A stretch of DNA of 64,000 nucleotides. It comes from Lytechinus pictus (taxonomy: Eukaryota). This document shows positions 25,671 through 38,688 of the stretch, piece after piece. Location of the stretch: NCBI RefSeq assembly GCF_037042905.1, contig NC_087252.1, positions 25,174,001 through 25,238,000 of the forward strand, in the 5' to 3' direction. The notes under the pieces were generated by a model. That model was not told where the DNA came from, searched no databases, and worked only from the letters and a program-made list of their open reading frames with translations. Numbering within the stretch: position 1 is the stretch's first letter; each line of letters starts with the position of its first letter. Position numbers and translations under genes: made by a program.

Positions 25671-27726
25671 CGACGTTTTCTTCGAATTGTTCCTTGTCTG
25701 CTCGCGTTCCTCTTACATTCTCTGCCTGTTATCGGGGGGGGGGGGGAGCAAATAATTCCCGGTAACTAAATTTAGAATCAGTGGCGTTGCTAGGATTTCA
25801 TTTAAGGGGGCGGTCGTGAGCACGCGAATCGTGCGAAATACCTACTGCGCGTACAAAACGACTCTCTGGGGGGGGGGGGGGGGGTTGCAGGGAGGGGATG
25901 TTTCCGCTCCTTACAGTATAAACTTACGTTGCCTAATTTCACTGAACCTACTTAATCATTAACTTTACTCATTTAACGTTTATTTTTATGGTAATTCTGC
26001 TTCATGATCTTGCGCATTTAATGTTTAACAAGAAAACTGGAAATATTATGGAAATACATACACCTGGAACATTGAGCCTTCATTGTGGGCAATCCTATCG
26101 TAGCATTTTTGTTTTCTCATTTAAACAGAAAAATAAGAAATACAAGAAGGTGAAAGTTTTAAAGAAAAGAACGTAAATCAGTTTTCCTCCGGGAAATCTG
26201 TCCTCGGGGGAGTTTTCATGGGGGAATCACCCTCCGGAGGAGTAGTCCTCTCGGGGATTTGTCCTTAAACCCATTTTTTATTGTTGTTGTTACTATTTTT
26301 GTTATGATATCAGGAGCAGCAGCAGCAGCAGCAGCAGTAGTAGAATTATAAGTCGTAGTAGTCGGAGTCGTAGTCGTCGTCGTAGTAGTTGTTGTAGTAG
26401 TCGTAGTAGTAGAAGTAGTCGTGATAAACCCAATATTTTGTTTCTATTGTCGTTATTATTCACCATTATTATCATTATCATCATACGATTATTGATATTT
26501 TTATTGATATTATTAATGTAGAGGAAGCGTGAAAGAGGAAGTACATGCATAAGATAGATAGGAAAGAGGAAAAGAGAAATCCAGATGAAGAAAAAAATGG
26601 TAGATGAGGTAAATGATAATAAAAATAGCCGTAAAATGGTAGGAAAATATTTTAATAGAAGCGCCGAGTTCACCTGGAGCATAGAAAAAAGACGTAGACA
26701 AAAATCACGAAGAAAAAAGAAGCGAATTTATTTAGGAAGAACATGGTAACATAATTAAAGAGAACAGAGAAGGAGACAGAGAGAGGGGGTCAGTAAGTGT
26801 TTCACACGCTTCGCGTGCTGACTACCGCCCCCTTGAATTAAATGCCTAGCTTCGCCACTAAATTTAGACTAAGTTAACGGGAATTTTTTTTGCTGTGCCC
26901 CTCCCCATTTCCGGCAGAAAACGTAAGAAGAGCGGATGCAGACAAGGAATGATTCAAAGAAACGTCGGAGCTTCCGCAATTCGAAATGTTTCTCTCCCCC
27001 TCTCCGTTAACAGGCAGAGACCGTAAGAGCAGGAGCGGGCAAGGAACGATTCGAAGAAAACATCGGAGCTTCCGTGCTTCGCGGGAGGGGGAAAACTCCC
27101 CTTATAATATGGAGCGCCTTTCGCGCGCTCATTATTAAGTGTTTCGCACACTTCGCGTGCTCACTACCGCCCCCTAAATTGAAATCCAAGCAACCGATTC
27201 TGGACTTAGTCACCGGGAAATTTCTTGCTCTGCCCCCCCCCCCTTCCGATAACAGGCAGAGGACGTTTTAAGATGAGCTAGAGCAGATAAGGAACAGCTC
27301 AAAGGAACGTCGGACCTTCCGCGCTTCTCGGGGGGGGGGGGGGGTGCAGGCTTCCCGTGCTCACTACTGTCCCCTAAACTGAAATCCTAGTTATGCCACT
27401 AATTCTAGACGGAATTACTGGGAAATATTTGCCTCTGCCCCCTCCCCCTCTGATAACAGGCACCTGTTACGCCGCTGCAACGAGGTGCCTTAAACCACTC
27501 GACCGCGGCACCCGATGATGGGGGAAAAAGTCGGTCTCATGGGCCTTCGGTCTCGCGGGCTGTCACCGGAAAAAGACAGCAAGAGAGACCAACGTTTTAG
27601 AACATTCACAAATTTTGAAATAAAAGTGACAGTTTTACATATGGACTTTTACATGAAAAGTCACGTTTTGACAAACGAAGCAGTATTTCTTTCGAGAAGT
27701 TAAATGGATGATAAGGCGCCACTCAC

Positions 27727-27973
27727 CAAGGAAAATGACAAGGCAGATGATTGCGACAACGATGACGACTACGACTGCAACCACGATGAATCCCTTTAAC
27801 AGGGACTTGGTCATCGACTTTTTCTTCCTACTTTCTGGGTGGAAGATCTCCTCCCCTATGGTGCTCGTGTCCCCATCGTCGGGCTGGCGGAAAACGTTCC
27901 GCCTTTTCTCATCAACGGTTTCGTACGTCTCGAGCTCCATGCCCTCGACGATAGGATCGACATCCTTCACGTC
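27727..27973 (-). CDS. SEA-domain gene exon: cytoplasmic tail + type II transmembrane helix (DVKDVDPIVEGMELETYETV...RKKKSMTKSLLKGFIVVAVVVVIVVAIICLVIFLG)
   Basis: Polypyrimidine tract + CAG acceptor and G|GTGAGT donor; 247 bp, phase 0 to 1. A basic cluster precedes a 20-aa hydrophobic stretch (signal-anchor pattern). Confidence 0.9.
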
Positions 27974-28405
27974 CTGTGACGTAACAAAAGAAAAATAATA
28001 AACATAATTTCCACTTGGTTTTTACTATTGCAAATAAGTCAAGATCGGCTGTGAATATTGACCAGCCGAAAAAATTGATTTAATCTTCATCCTTAAGAGA
28101 TTAATTATTATTCAATCTAAAAAAAGAAGATGAAGACAGAAGAGGACGTATAAGGAAAAGCTGGCTTGGAAATAATGAGGGAATGACAGGCAGAAAGATC
28201 AATGAATACTGTGAGATAGCACTGAAGAGAAAAGATGGTAAAACCATGACATCCAACCTATTTAAAGAGAAGTAACAGCGCTAAGGCAAAAGGATTTAAA
28301 TCAAATCTAATGTTCGGTTGGTTACTACTCGTAGATGAGCTGAATTTATTTTAAATCGTCGGGAAAATTTAGAGAGTACGTCTAGCCTACTTTTTTGTAT
28401 ATAAT

Positions 28406-28521
28406 CAGATTGGCGGACCGTGACCCGGAGGAGACAAAGCATTGGAGGGGCACTGTATTGTTTGTGAACAATGCTGTGCCCCTCCAATGCTTTGTCTCCT
28501 CCGGGTCACGGTCCGCCACTG
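28406..28521. mobile_element. Hairpin MITE reduced to its TIRs (hAT-like CAGTGGCGG ends)
   Basis: tggcggaccgtgacccggaggagacaaagcattggaggggcac and its exact reverse complement, ~20 bp apart. Confidence 0.75.
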
Positions 28522-30787
28522 TATAATCTCATCCTAAGTTGTATTTCAAATGAGGTGAACAATATACATATACATGCCGCAAATAAATTTGAAATGTATG
28601 CATTTGCAGTGGAAGTCATAAGTCATAAATATGGAAAATTGAGATACATGTATACAATATATACAATTTGGAGGTCATCGTCAGAGACACGGGATGCTCA
28701 TTTTATCCAGATATTACGGGGGGTGTGGGCTATCTGCTAAGAGGAGAAAATACAAAATTATTTTGTTACGTAAAGCCAAACTCGAGTTGAAACTACTGCA
28801 AATTAATTCGAAATTTCGAATAACATGGTAGCTAGATTTCTATTTTTAAAAATCTATTTACTCGACCTCATGGTATATGATGTATGTACATGAAATGAAA
28901 CTTAAACATATTTTTAATGTTCTCTTGTTGTGTTTAAAAAATAAAAAGCATTATCAAAATGAAAATATGAATCAATTCAACTTAATGACAAAATAATATT
29001 TTGGAAGGATAGTAACATCATGGCGGATAAAATTAGAAGCTATAACAATGTATAAGTTACAGCTTATTAAGAGTTAAGTTCAATCGATTTAAAGACAACC
29101 ACCAACAATTTTTTAGGCGTGGTTAAAATTGTAAACAAAGTTCAAGATCGTGTTTGACTTTCTATGGTGGATGGCGCTGATGACAATGACAAATAAAGAG
29201 AGGATAACGGGGGAAAACAAGACAGTACCAGGCACAGAGCAGTACAAGTCTACAAAGAAAAAAAGTATCGGAGTTGAAGCGTAAAAAATGTGGGTATTTT
29301 TTTTCGTATTTGTTCATCGGCTTATGACACGTATGATGGAAGTTCACCGGTATCCCTGTTTCTCCCCCTCCATTTTTTTATATTTCTCTCTCTTCTTCTT
29401 TCTCTCTCCCTCTCCTTCTCCCTCCCCCTCCCCGCCCTTCTCTCTTTCTCTCGATCAGCCAATCGTGTATCCTCCCATCGCCACGGATGATTCAGGCATC
29501 ATTTGGAATATATTGGCGCCTCTTCACAAAGTTCCCGGAATCTACATGACTGCCTAACCCTCGGAGGCATAATGGCATATTATACTTTTTTACCATCGTT
29601 TTGGAGATTATTACTTATCTTTTCCTTTCTCTCTCTCTTTCTTTCTTTTTCTTTCCTTTTTTTCTTAATATCTCTCTCTCTCTTTCTTTCCTTCTTTCCT
29701 TCATTATGCTTTTCTTTCTTATTTGTTTTGTATTCTTTTGCCTTTTTTGTACTGTCTACTGATTTGTGTCTTGTCTGTGTTGGGGGGGGGGGGGGGGTCG
29801 GGTGTGAGAGCGATTTCGTTCTTTTTGTGTGTGTATATGGGCGTGTGTGGGGAGTGAGCACTCGAACCCTTTTCCGTTTCTTATATTATAAATTTCATTC
29901 AGTTTCTCCAATGTTGAGCAAAAAATTGTCTGCATAACTATTGTATGATTCTGTGAATTTATATTGGTTATAAATGGTTAATATTTACTTTTTTTGTTAC
30001 TGAATTTATCCACTGTATATGATTATGTTAATACTATGGAATTTTTTACGATTATTTGTATTATGGATAATCATTTGTCTTTTGTGAACAGTGTTTTGTT
30101 AATATTTATATTGTAATATTTTTGCAATGTACCATCACTTTGATTTTGAACTGAATGATTAATAAATATTATTACCCAAAAAAAATTGACAATGACAGTG
30201 CACCTATTAACCGCATTTCCCTTTTGTTTGTAATGTATATAATCCGCCCATTCAGTAATCGAATCGTATCTGAATATATATATATATATATGAACCAATA
30301 TATGTATAGACAATGGAGGCAAAAACTTAACAAGAGGAATTAAAAAAAATAGTAAGATAGCAAATAGCAAGGACCTCCCTCATCATTACTCTCTCTCGAA
30401 AAAACCGGACGATCAACTACTATCTTTTTTTACTTGTTTTACTTGGCCTTAGATCAAATGGTTAAGATACGAAATGGTTGTTAGACGAAATGTTGATGGA
30501 CGTAGTGGCATTAGACTAAATGAAGGTAGACCATGTGTTGACGATTTGGCAATAGACGTATTGGTAACTTACTTCCCCTAATATGACCGGACCTAATTAT
30601 GAGTATGTGGATTAATTGCCATTATGAGAGCAATGCTCCTATCACCTTCCTAGCAACGGAATAGCACCAAAATAATTGAAAAATGAATTAACACAAATTT
30701 CAACTTTCCTTGACATACCCTGTACCTGTAGATTTAAGGTTCACTGTTACACTGCAGTGCCATGTTAAGTGTTAACATCTAAGGGGA

Positions 30788-31230
30788 ATACTTGATACTT
30801 GATGGAGTAATCCCTTTGGCAGCTCATACAGGAAGCTCTACTGGGATGATGAATAAAGTGAGCCACTATGGAAGGAGTGTCATGAAGTGCAGAAATGGTG
30901 ATGGAGAGACCATGGACCTATTACAGTGTAGTAGGTCCATGGATAGACATAGCAATTTTGTATATGTACAGTAAAACATGCTATGCCCGAGTGCAAGTAA
31001 AAACCAAGCTATTGACTTTAAACCATTTAGGATCCAACAGGAGGCTGCATCATTCTGATGGCAGGGGGAGCAGCCTCCTTGGAACTGGACATTCCTGAGC
31101 TGGGTAGGTTGTTCCAGTTCCTTATCGTTCTTGGATAGGAGGAGAACTTGAGGGGGTCGATTGTGGCCTCAGGTATGATGTGCTTCAAGTTGTGATATAG
31201 TCCTTTGCCAGGACTGTTCTGCTTTTCAGT
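30788..31230 (-). mobile_element. 3' end of a CR1-group LINE
   Basis: Minus-strand KFSSYPRTIRNWNNLP motif and a tandem ATCAAGT tail; the same 3' tip recurs at 6067-6127. Confidence 0.75.
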
Positions 31231-31629
31231 TGATCAATAACACAATCCTCGACCTCTACGCCCGAAATGAAAACAGCCCCACGATTTCCTAGTGAGGGGC
31301 GTGAAAGAGGGGATAGCGCGATCACTGGGGATGGCGCGCAGGGGAGAATGAAGCTGCACGGGAGAGAAATAACAAGGACACCGACGTCTAGAATCTAGAC
31401 TAGTTGTGATCATGTCTTGTGAAAAATGGGATTTGCAATATAGAACAACCTTGAACACTGAATAAAAGAAGGAAAGCTATTCATGGAGCTCATTCTTTCA
31501 ATATGTTTGCTTCCCCACTGAGAAAAGAAAGAAAAAAAAGATTAACGGTTGAAATAGAATTATGCAAATAATTCGATCAATACATTATTGAATAATGGGA
31601 ACATGGTCCAATGACTCAACATTCACTAG

Positions 31630-31900
31630 AGCCCCGTCTTACAAAGAGTTGTGATTGATCCGATCAACATCAAGTATATGGAAATCCTCAGTGTCATAAT
31701 TTTTTTCTTTAAGAAATTTGCACAGTCTCCTTCGTAAACAAAGAGAATCACATTGAATGTTCAAGCGAACAATGAATGTATGAATATACAATATTTCTAG
31801 AAAATATTTTGAACGAACATGTATTTTAGATGTTGACGTTGCTTGCTTTTCATAGTTGTGGTTGATTGGATCAATCCTAACTCTTTGTAAAACGGGGCCC
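31630..31900. mobile_element. MITE, same family as 10941-11204
   Basis: gccccgtcttacaaagagtt ... aactctttgtaaaacggggc. Confidence 0.78.
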
Positions 31901-32720
31901 AGAACTTCTGTTATATAAAAAGATGCAAAGCTGTTGAAATATCGCACATTTCTTGGTATTGTCGTTTCTACTTAGTGATATCCATCAGTAGAATTTGGAA
32001 AATTTATTTGGCGGGGGTTTTGACACCAAGAGTACAGGAAAAAAATCCATCTTGCCTTCATTACACCAAAATCTTTCCGATAAATTACATGTGTCAAGAA
32101 TAAAAATACAACAATGTATTTTGTTTTTAACATACATAATGCTTGAACTGGTGTAATATCTTCGACATAATGTCATCCAATTATTACACAAATAGTATGT
32201 AGACATAACGCGGTTTTTTTCCAAATAAATATCGTATCTCCAGGTACTTAAAACCTGAAGTTGGAATAGCTCGGATATTCGCCGGACAATACTGTGCTTT
32301 TCAGTGAACACTACTGTTGAACAAAAATATCAAGTTAGATTGAGTAAATATTGAATATTAAACAAACGTGTAAATTGGGAAGTCATATGTTAAATATGCG
32401 GCGGTATGCAAATGAGTGAAATAATGACGCCACATACCAAATATATCTTGTTTTGGTGCATTTTATCACATCACAGTTTATATTCGCCATGGTACACGTA
32501 ATATCATCTTTCTGGTAACTTTGTAGTTTAACCGTAGAATTAGAGTCCGTTTTTTAATTGAATAATATACATAAAATTACGTCATAAAAGTTTCTTTACC
32601 ACCATATCAATTCTCATTGACAGATTCTTTGTAAACTGAAATTAGAATGTCAGTTTATGTCACATAAAAAAAAAACACTTTTGTTACAAAGCTATGATAT
32701 TAATGTAAATATGATTTTTT

Positions 32721-33620
32721 GGCTCAGTCGGTAACGCGTCTGCCCGTCGAACCAAATATCGTGGGTTCGAGTCCACCCCGGGCGGATGACTGAAGCCAGT
32801 GCGTTGTATGTAAACGTCTCTCCCATGTTTCATAGATGCAGAATGTTAGAATGGAAAACACTCCGTCCCTCGGATAGGACGATGAAGGCCCCGTGTAGAG
32901 GAGAGTCACCACCTTTGCACGTTAAGAACCCACTGCACTATTCGTATAAGAGTAGGGGGAAACCCCGGGGGGGGGGGCACTCAGTATATAATGCATAGTG
33001 GGTATGTGCCGCGGAGGGGACCCCCATTTTTACACTCAAATTTCCGTTCCAAGGCATAGCATTTTTGTCTTATTGAGAAAAAGAACAAAGAAAGCCGCTC
33101 CAAAGCATAGCATTTTCTTCTTATCGAGAAAAAAGAAGAAAGAAATCCACTCCAAAGCTTCGCATATTTTTCGTTACGCCGTTCCGGTCGCATTGATCTG
33201 CTACAGTGAGCTGCAATTTTGGTGAAAAGCGGCCGCAGAGCGATGTTCAACCATCGCCTCTGCGCGAGCGCACCCGGCGGAGGCCGCGCTAGCTGCATCA
33301 TGCACGCATGCCCGTTCCATAGGGATGCATACGCACTCACACGCTGGCGATCCACTAGTTCCAAGGACCCCCGTTTTCACAAACATTTGTAGTTCCGAAG
33401 CCCGTTCCGAGGACCCTCCTTTTACAATAAGCCCGCTCCAAGGCCCCCGTTTTTTGTCTCGCCCGCGGCACACCCCTACCACTTTTTTTGGTCGAGTGCC
33501 CCCCCCGGGGGGGGGGGGGGGAACCCCGGTGTAGTGGTCCACCTACACTCCCCCAATCAGTTGTATCGGGAGGAGAGACCTGCGGGTCATAGTGATTCAG
33601 TTCGCTTTTCACCTCCCAGG
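32721..33620 (+). mobile_element. Second tRNA-derived SINE family, interrupted by a CCCGGGGGGG-terminated MITE (~32963-33518)
   Basis: GGCTCAGTCGGT/GGTTCGAGTCC boxes. The insert has ccccgggggggcactc / gagtgccccccccgggg ends, and the SINE resumes at aaccccggtgtagtgg. Confidence 0.7.
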
Positions 33621-33879
33621 CACAGGAGACCCCCAGCAAATAATAATAATAAAAAAATTCTATTTAAAAAGTCGATTTTTTTTTTGCTCGCTTGCTTCGC
33701 TCGTGCGCGACTATTGGCACATTTCATGCTGTGCCCCTAATAACTTTGGACTCATTATGCTACTGGTGGCAATGATATTAAATCGAGTATGATAATGACA
33801 GTTAACATCAGATACATGCAGAGACATATATGCTATGATTATATGCAACGTAATACAATGTTTGCTTAGCACTGCATAC

Positions 33880-34092
33880 TATTATCACTGCTTTTTAGCA
33901 CTGCCACTCTGCTCGGGTGCTTGAGCATGCAAGGAATGTCCTCCTACCGGCTACCCATTTACTACACCTGGGTGGGGAGTGGCAGATGTAGACAAATGCC
34001 TTGCCAAAGGACGTGAGTGTTGTCGTGGGATGCGAACCCCGGATCTTGTGTTTCAAACTCCGGCGACTTATCCACGGAGCCACCATACTCTC
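33880..34092 (-). mobile_element. tRNA-derived SINE
   Basis: Reverse-strand tRNA head and the same body as 51510-51787. Confidence 0.75.
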
Positions 34093-35196
34093 CACAAACT
34101 GACAAGACGATTCGCATGATACTTGTTTGTCACTTGTTTTGACATGACAGATTTATTTTCTTCTGTATTTTACGGTACGTGGCATCCTATTGTGATGTAT
34201 GATGGCAGGCATTATGAAAACACGAACATAAAAAGTACATGACCTTTGTATGTACACAGGAGTCATACTCATCCCACGCAGGCAAACAAACCCTTACAGG
34301 CTTACACACACAAATGGCGCAGTTTTCTTGGAAATAATTACATATTCTTATGGCTTGTGCCATGTTTTTTTCGATCATTTCAATGGGCCTGTAGATGAAC
34401 TTCATAATGGTTAGTTTCGGTCATGTTCGCTCATTTGGTTTACGGAGCAGACGATGCTAGCCTGCTAGTATATAGCATACTTACGCAGACCCTATTGCAA
34501 ATTCAAAATCAATTCCGGACTCGATATTTGCTTCCTCAAACTGTAGCTATATTATAAATATCAGTAGGCAAAGCTTTATAGTACAAGAACATTGTTACTT
34601 TCATCATTAAATGAGTTAATTAAGTTTGTTTGGACTGTATTAATTGTTTCAAATGAAAAGGGTCTAGGACCGGAAACTATCATACGTTAGTCACGTGACG
34701 TTACAGAAATATGCCATGTTCTGCCTGCTCGATCTCAAAGTTTGGGAGTAAAATGAGATGTAACCATTATACCAGTCATAACGTATTATACATCAAAATG
34801 TAGGTAATTTATTTAGCATTGAGATGACAATCAATCTCGACCTTTTTTACCCTTAACAAAGGTGCCAGCGTCTCAAAAATATGGGTGGTTTTAGACCGTT
34901 TGCCATAGCATGGACCTACTACGAATGGCCATAGCAAGAGTTGTGAACATGGACACTTTCAAATGAACAACCGAGACGTTAATAGTGAATTAATTGAAAT
35001 AATGTTTACATTAAATTAATGGATTTTGAAAAAAAAATCACACTATTATCAATCTGGTGTGAGATTATTAATAGTTATAAAGATATGCCCGGATTTCTGC
35101 AATATTACGTCCATGAAAACCACTGTTCCCTGTGTTGTAGCTGCATGTGTGTGGGGACTTTCGGACACTCAAATGCACGCGACTAACAGACTAACC

Positions 35197-35197
<1 letters not shown>

Positions 35198-35257
<60 letters not shown>

Positions 35258-35289
35258 CTTTATTCGGTTTAAAACATAGATACATACTA

Positions 35290-35355
<66 letters not shown>

Positions 35356-35462
35356 TACTTCTACTACTACTACTCCTACTACTACTACTATTACTATTAC
35401 TACTACTAATAATAATGATAACAGTAATAATAATAACAATAATAATAACAATAATGATAATA
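35198..35462. repeat. (TA)n, (CTA)n and (AAT)n microsatellite cluster
   Basis: Visible. Confidence 0.95.
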
Positions 35463-38400
35463 AAAATATGTCCATTTATATAACGCATTTACTATGTGCA
35501 TATATACTCAACTGCGTGCGCGTACATGGTATCCTATTATTACCCCGGCAGTAGCTGAACCGCCATATTAATAGGCGCTAAAGCGTTCAAGGAATAAATG
35601 CATGATATAAAGGTCCAAGAACCAAAATGAACGTGCTTATAAAAATTACAGCATTATTGTAGATGAAAAGTAATAGTAACAACCAAAACAGACTACTGAA
35701 CATCGAACAAAAATATATCTAAATGCATTCAACACGAAAACTATTATAAACCTATTAACAGAAGCCAGTAGAAGTGTAGAATATGAGGTTCTAAAACATT
35801 ATCTTGCACCATAGCACCCTCCCACAAGCACGCTCGCAAACACCCACACCCCGACACACACCCTCAACGGTTCTACTCACTGGCTGAGGGGTGGGGAGGG
35901 GCTTGCGCGATTGGACTGGATTTCGTAGGATCGTCCCGCCCACCTTCGAATAGTTGAGTTTTAATCTTATTTTTGTGCGAAGGAGCAAATTTCCTTTATG
36001 CTGACAAAATGAACATTTAAATTTTGAAAGCACATAAATAATTGTTGCACATATAACACAACGCAAAAGGATCGAATATTTAAATGATGTATAAAGAATC
36101 AGCAAATGAATACATTGTGACTAAATGAGTCTCAAAATAATAATAATAATAACAATAAATGATGATGAAGATGATGATGATAACAATCAAGTCCACCCCA
36201 GAGCAATGTTGACTTGAATGAATAAAGAAAAATCAAACATCAAGCATAATGCTGAAAATTTGATCAAAATCGGATGTAAAATAAGAAAGTTAAGACATTT
36301 TAAAGTTTCGCTTATATTTCACAAAACAATCACTACAATGTCGGTTACATCCCCCCAATAACAAGCCGTCTTCCTCTAAAAAAATGTTTTACTGGAAATG
36401 GAGCATATTTCAATCAGTTGTAGTGCACAATGGGTGTCACTAGGCCAACATACCACAAAGAACTATTTTGATATACGTCTTACGCCAAGATTACTATGAT
36501 ATTTAGCAATATGTATGGGGCCTGCTTTTGGCTATTTAGGGCATTTATTTCGACAAATCAATGGCGAATGAAATTCAAAAGTACCCCTTTTATTATAAAT
36601 GGTATTCATTTGTATCATTTCAAGAAGCTTCGCGATACCATTGGTTTTTTCTTCTTCTAAATTTTGGCATATTTTTATCATGTTTATCACTGGTCCAAAC
36701 AATTGAAATTTGTAATGTAAAAATGCCGTTAGAAACCCAAGTGTGCCCCCCCCCCCTTGAAAGTGAAGACCTTTTGTTTTTGCTTGTTAAATTTTCCTCG
36801 GGAAAATGTGTCCCCCTTTTGGTATTTCGTCCGGTGGCTCAATGGATTTTCGTTTCATCTATATATTTTTTCTACACCACTTACCCACCCTTTGCCAAGT
36901 TTATGCCTGATGCTTTGTGTTATGTTAAGTGCATCATCTCAATAATAAATGTAACCTAATATCATGATAAAGATCTATATCATCGCGATATTGATCGCCT
37001 ACCCCTTCATTGACAAATTGTATTATTTCATTTCATTTAAACAAAAGTCCTGTTCAATGACTTGTACAATTTCAACCTCCCCCATGCTGTGTTTATATTC
37101 ATATTTCGTACGGTTTTCAAGATTCAAGAAGTTTATTTCATTTCCATGACAAATATAAATCAAATACAAATACAAATCAAAGTACGAGTACAAAATCAAT
37201 TTTACCTTAACATAATTATATAACAAAAGCTTGTATAAACAGTAAAAAAACGTGTATGGAATTGAGGGGATCCACTAAAAAGCATTGCTTGTAGAGCGTG
37301 GATCCCCTACAGCGAGTTGAATAAATAATTTATATTAAGCAATTGAGAAAAGGCACAGTACTGAATATTAACTAAATGTGGAAATTCATTCGATTGTACA
37401 AATATACAATATTATAAAATGGGAAAGTAAAATGTGATAAATATAATAAGAAAACTATTTTAGAGAAAAAAAAAGGAAATGATAGCAAAAAATTGAAATA
37501 AGGTGACAGAAGTACTGGACGACATGCGTTATCAAAGTGGTGGCTCGATGAACTTCCGTTAAATCTATAAACGTTTTTTTTCTGCACCCTTACCCTCAGC
37601 TTTCACCGAAGTTATATCATAATCGACATATTTAATAAGCATTTATTCCAAACAAAAACCTTTAATTTTATGTCTCATTGTCGTTAATACATGAACCCTA
37701 ATAACCCCCTCTCCCTACGATTAACAGTGTAATTTTTACTAATATATGATTTTTTTTCTAATTTACTGTTTATTATGTTGAATATATATATTGAATTGTC
37801 ATGCACATTGAGCATTCATTGGAGTTGATTATGTGCGCATTAGAAATATGGTTATCACTATTATTATCATTATTATTAGACTATCATTTATAATCATTAG
37901 GGCATATGGGAAGTTCAATCATATATTCATTTAAATGTCTCCTCATACATCCTGATATTATTAATACTGTTACATTTATCCAGGGTAGCCGCTTCAGTTA
38001 GTATGAAACTGTTCTATCATTGATCACACTACTGCTGTGCCTTGCATTACCCAGTTTAAATGAAGGCAGAAGTTCCGATTTTTATAAGCCTCTGGTCACG
38101 TTGGTATGAATCGGCCGAGGATCGAACCGACGACCTGACAACCTCCTATTCAAGTGGCGTACGCTCTACCACTAGGCCACCATGTCCTCTGCCACCATGG
38201 ATCACACTAGAAATGATCCTTATCCGTCTCCCTCACCCCCACTCTATCATGTTGATTAACCAGTTTAATCAAAGGATGTACATAAATAGTAATTATACTC
38301 GGACCTACATGATGCTAAAAGGCGTTCTCCCTTTACTTTTCCCTCTTTTTGACGTAGTAACTTACATCTTGATATTGAGTGAAAACTTTATTAAAGAATG

Positions 38401-38521
38401 GTTACATGGTCTGTTATGTGTGTGTTTGATCGAGTGTTTTCGGATGTGTATCTGTCAGTTATGTTACCTAACGTCTGACTTTTCACACCATGCACCATCC
38501 GAAAGACGTGACCGGGGGGGG

Positions 38522-38688
38522 GGGGGGCGATTTCATCAACATTTTCATCCGAAAAGTTGTCAGATCTGACAACTTTCCTTGATTTTGATTAGCTGAGAAG
38601 CACTGTTACTTTGGTAACTGTCGGATAAAGCAGGACTTGTCGGATAAAACGTCCGACAAGTCCTTTCATGAACATGATGAAACGCCCC
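38522..38688. mobile_element. Small MITE (ggggcgatttcatc...gatgaaacgcccc)
   Basis: Terminal inverted repeats. Confidence 0.65.

Larger units (their letters stand above)
23152..27558. mobile_element. Foldback-type element with long modular inverted arms
   Basis: 23152-23658 plus 25676-25850 is the reverse complement of ~26790-27558 (e.g. gaccgaaggccc/gggccttcggtc, gtgagcacgcgaag/cttcgcgtgctcac). The left arm is split by the Transib insertion. Confidence 0.8.
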
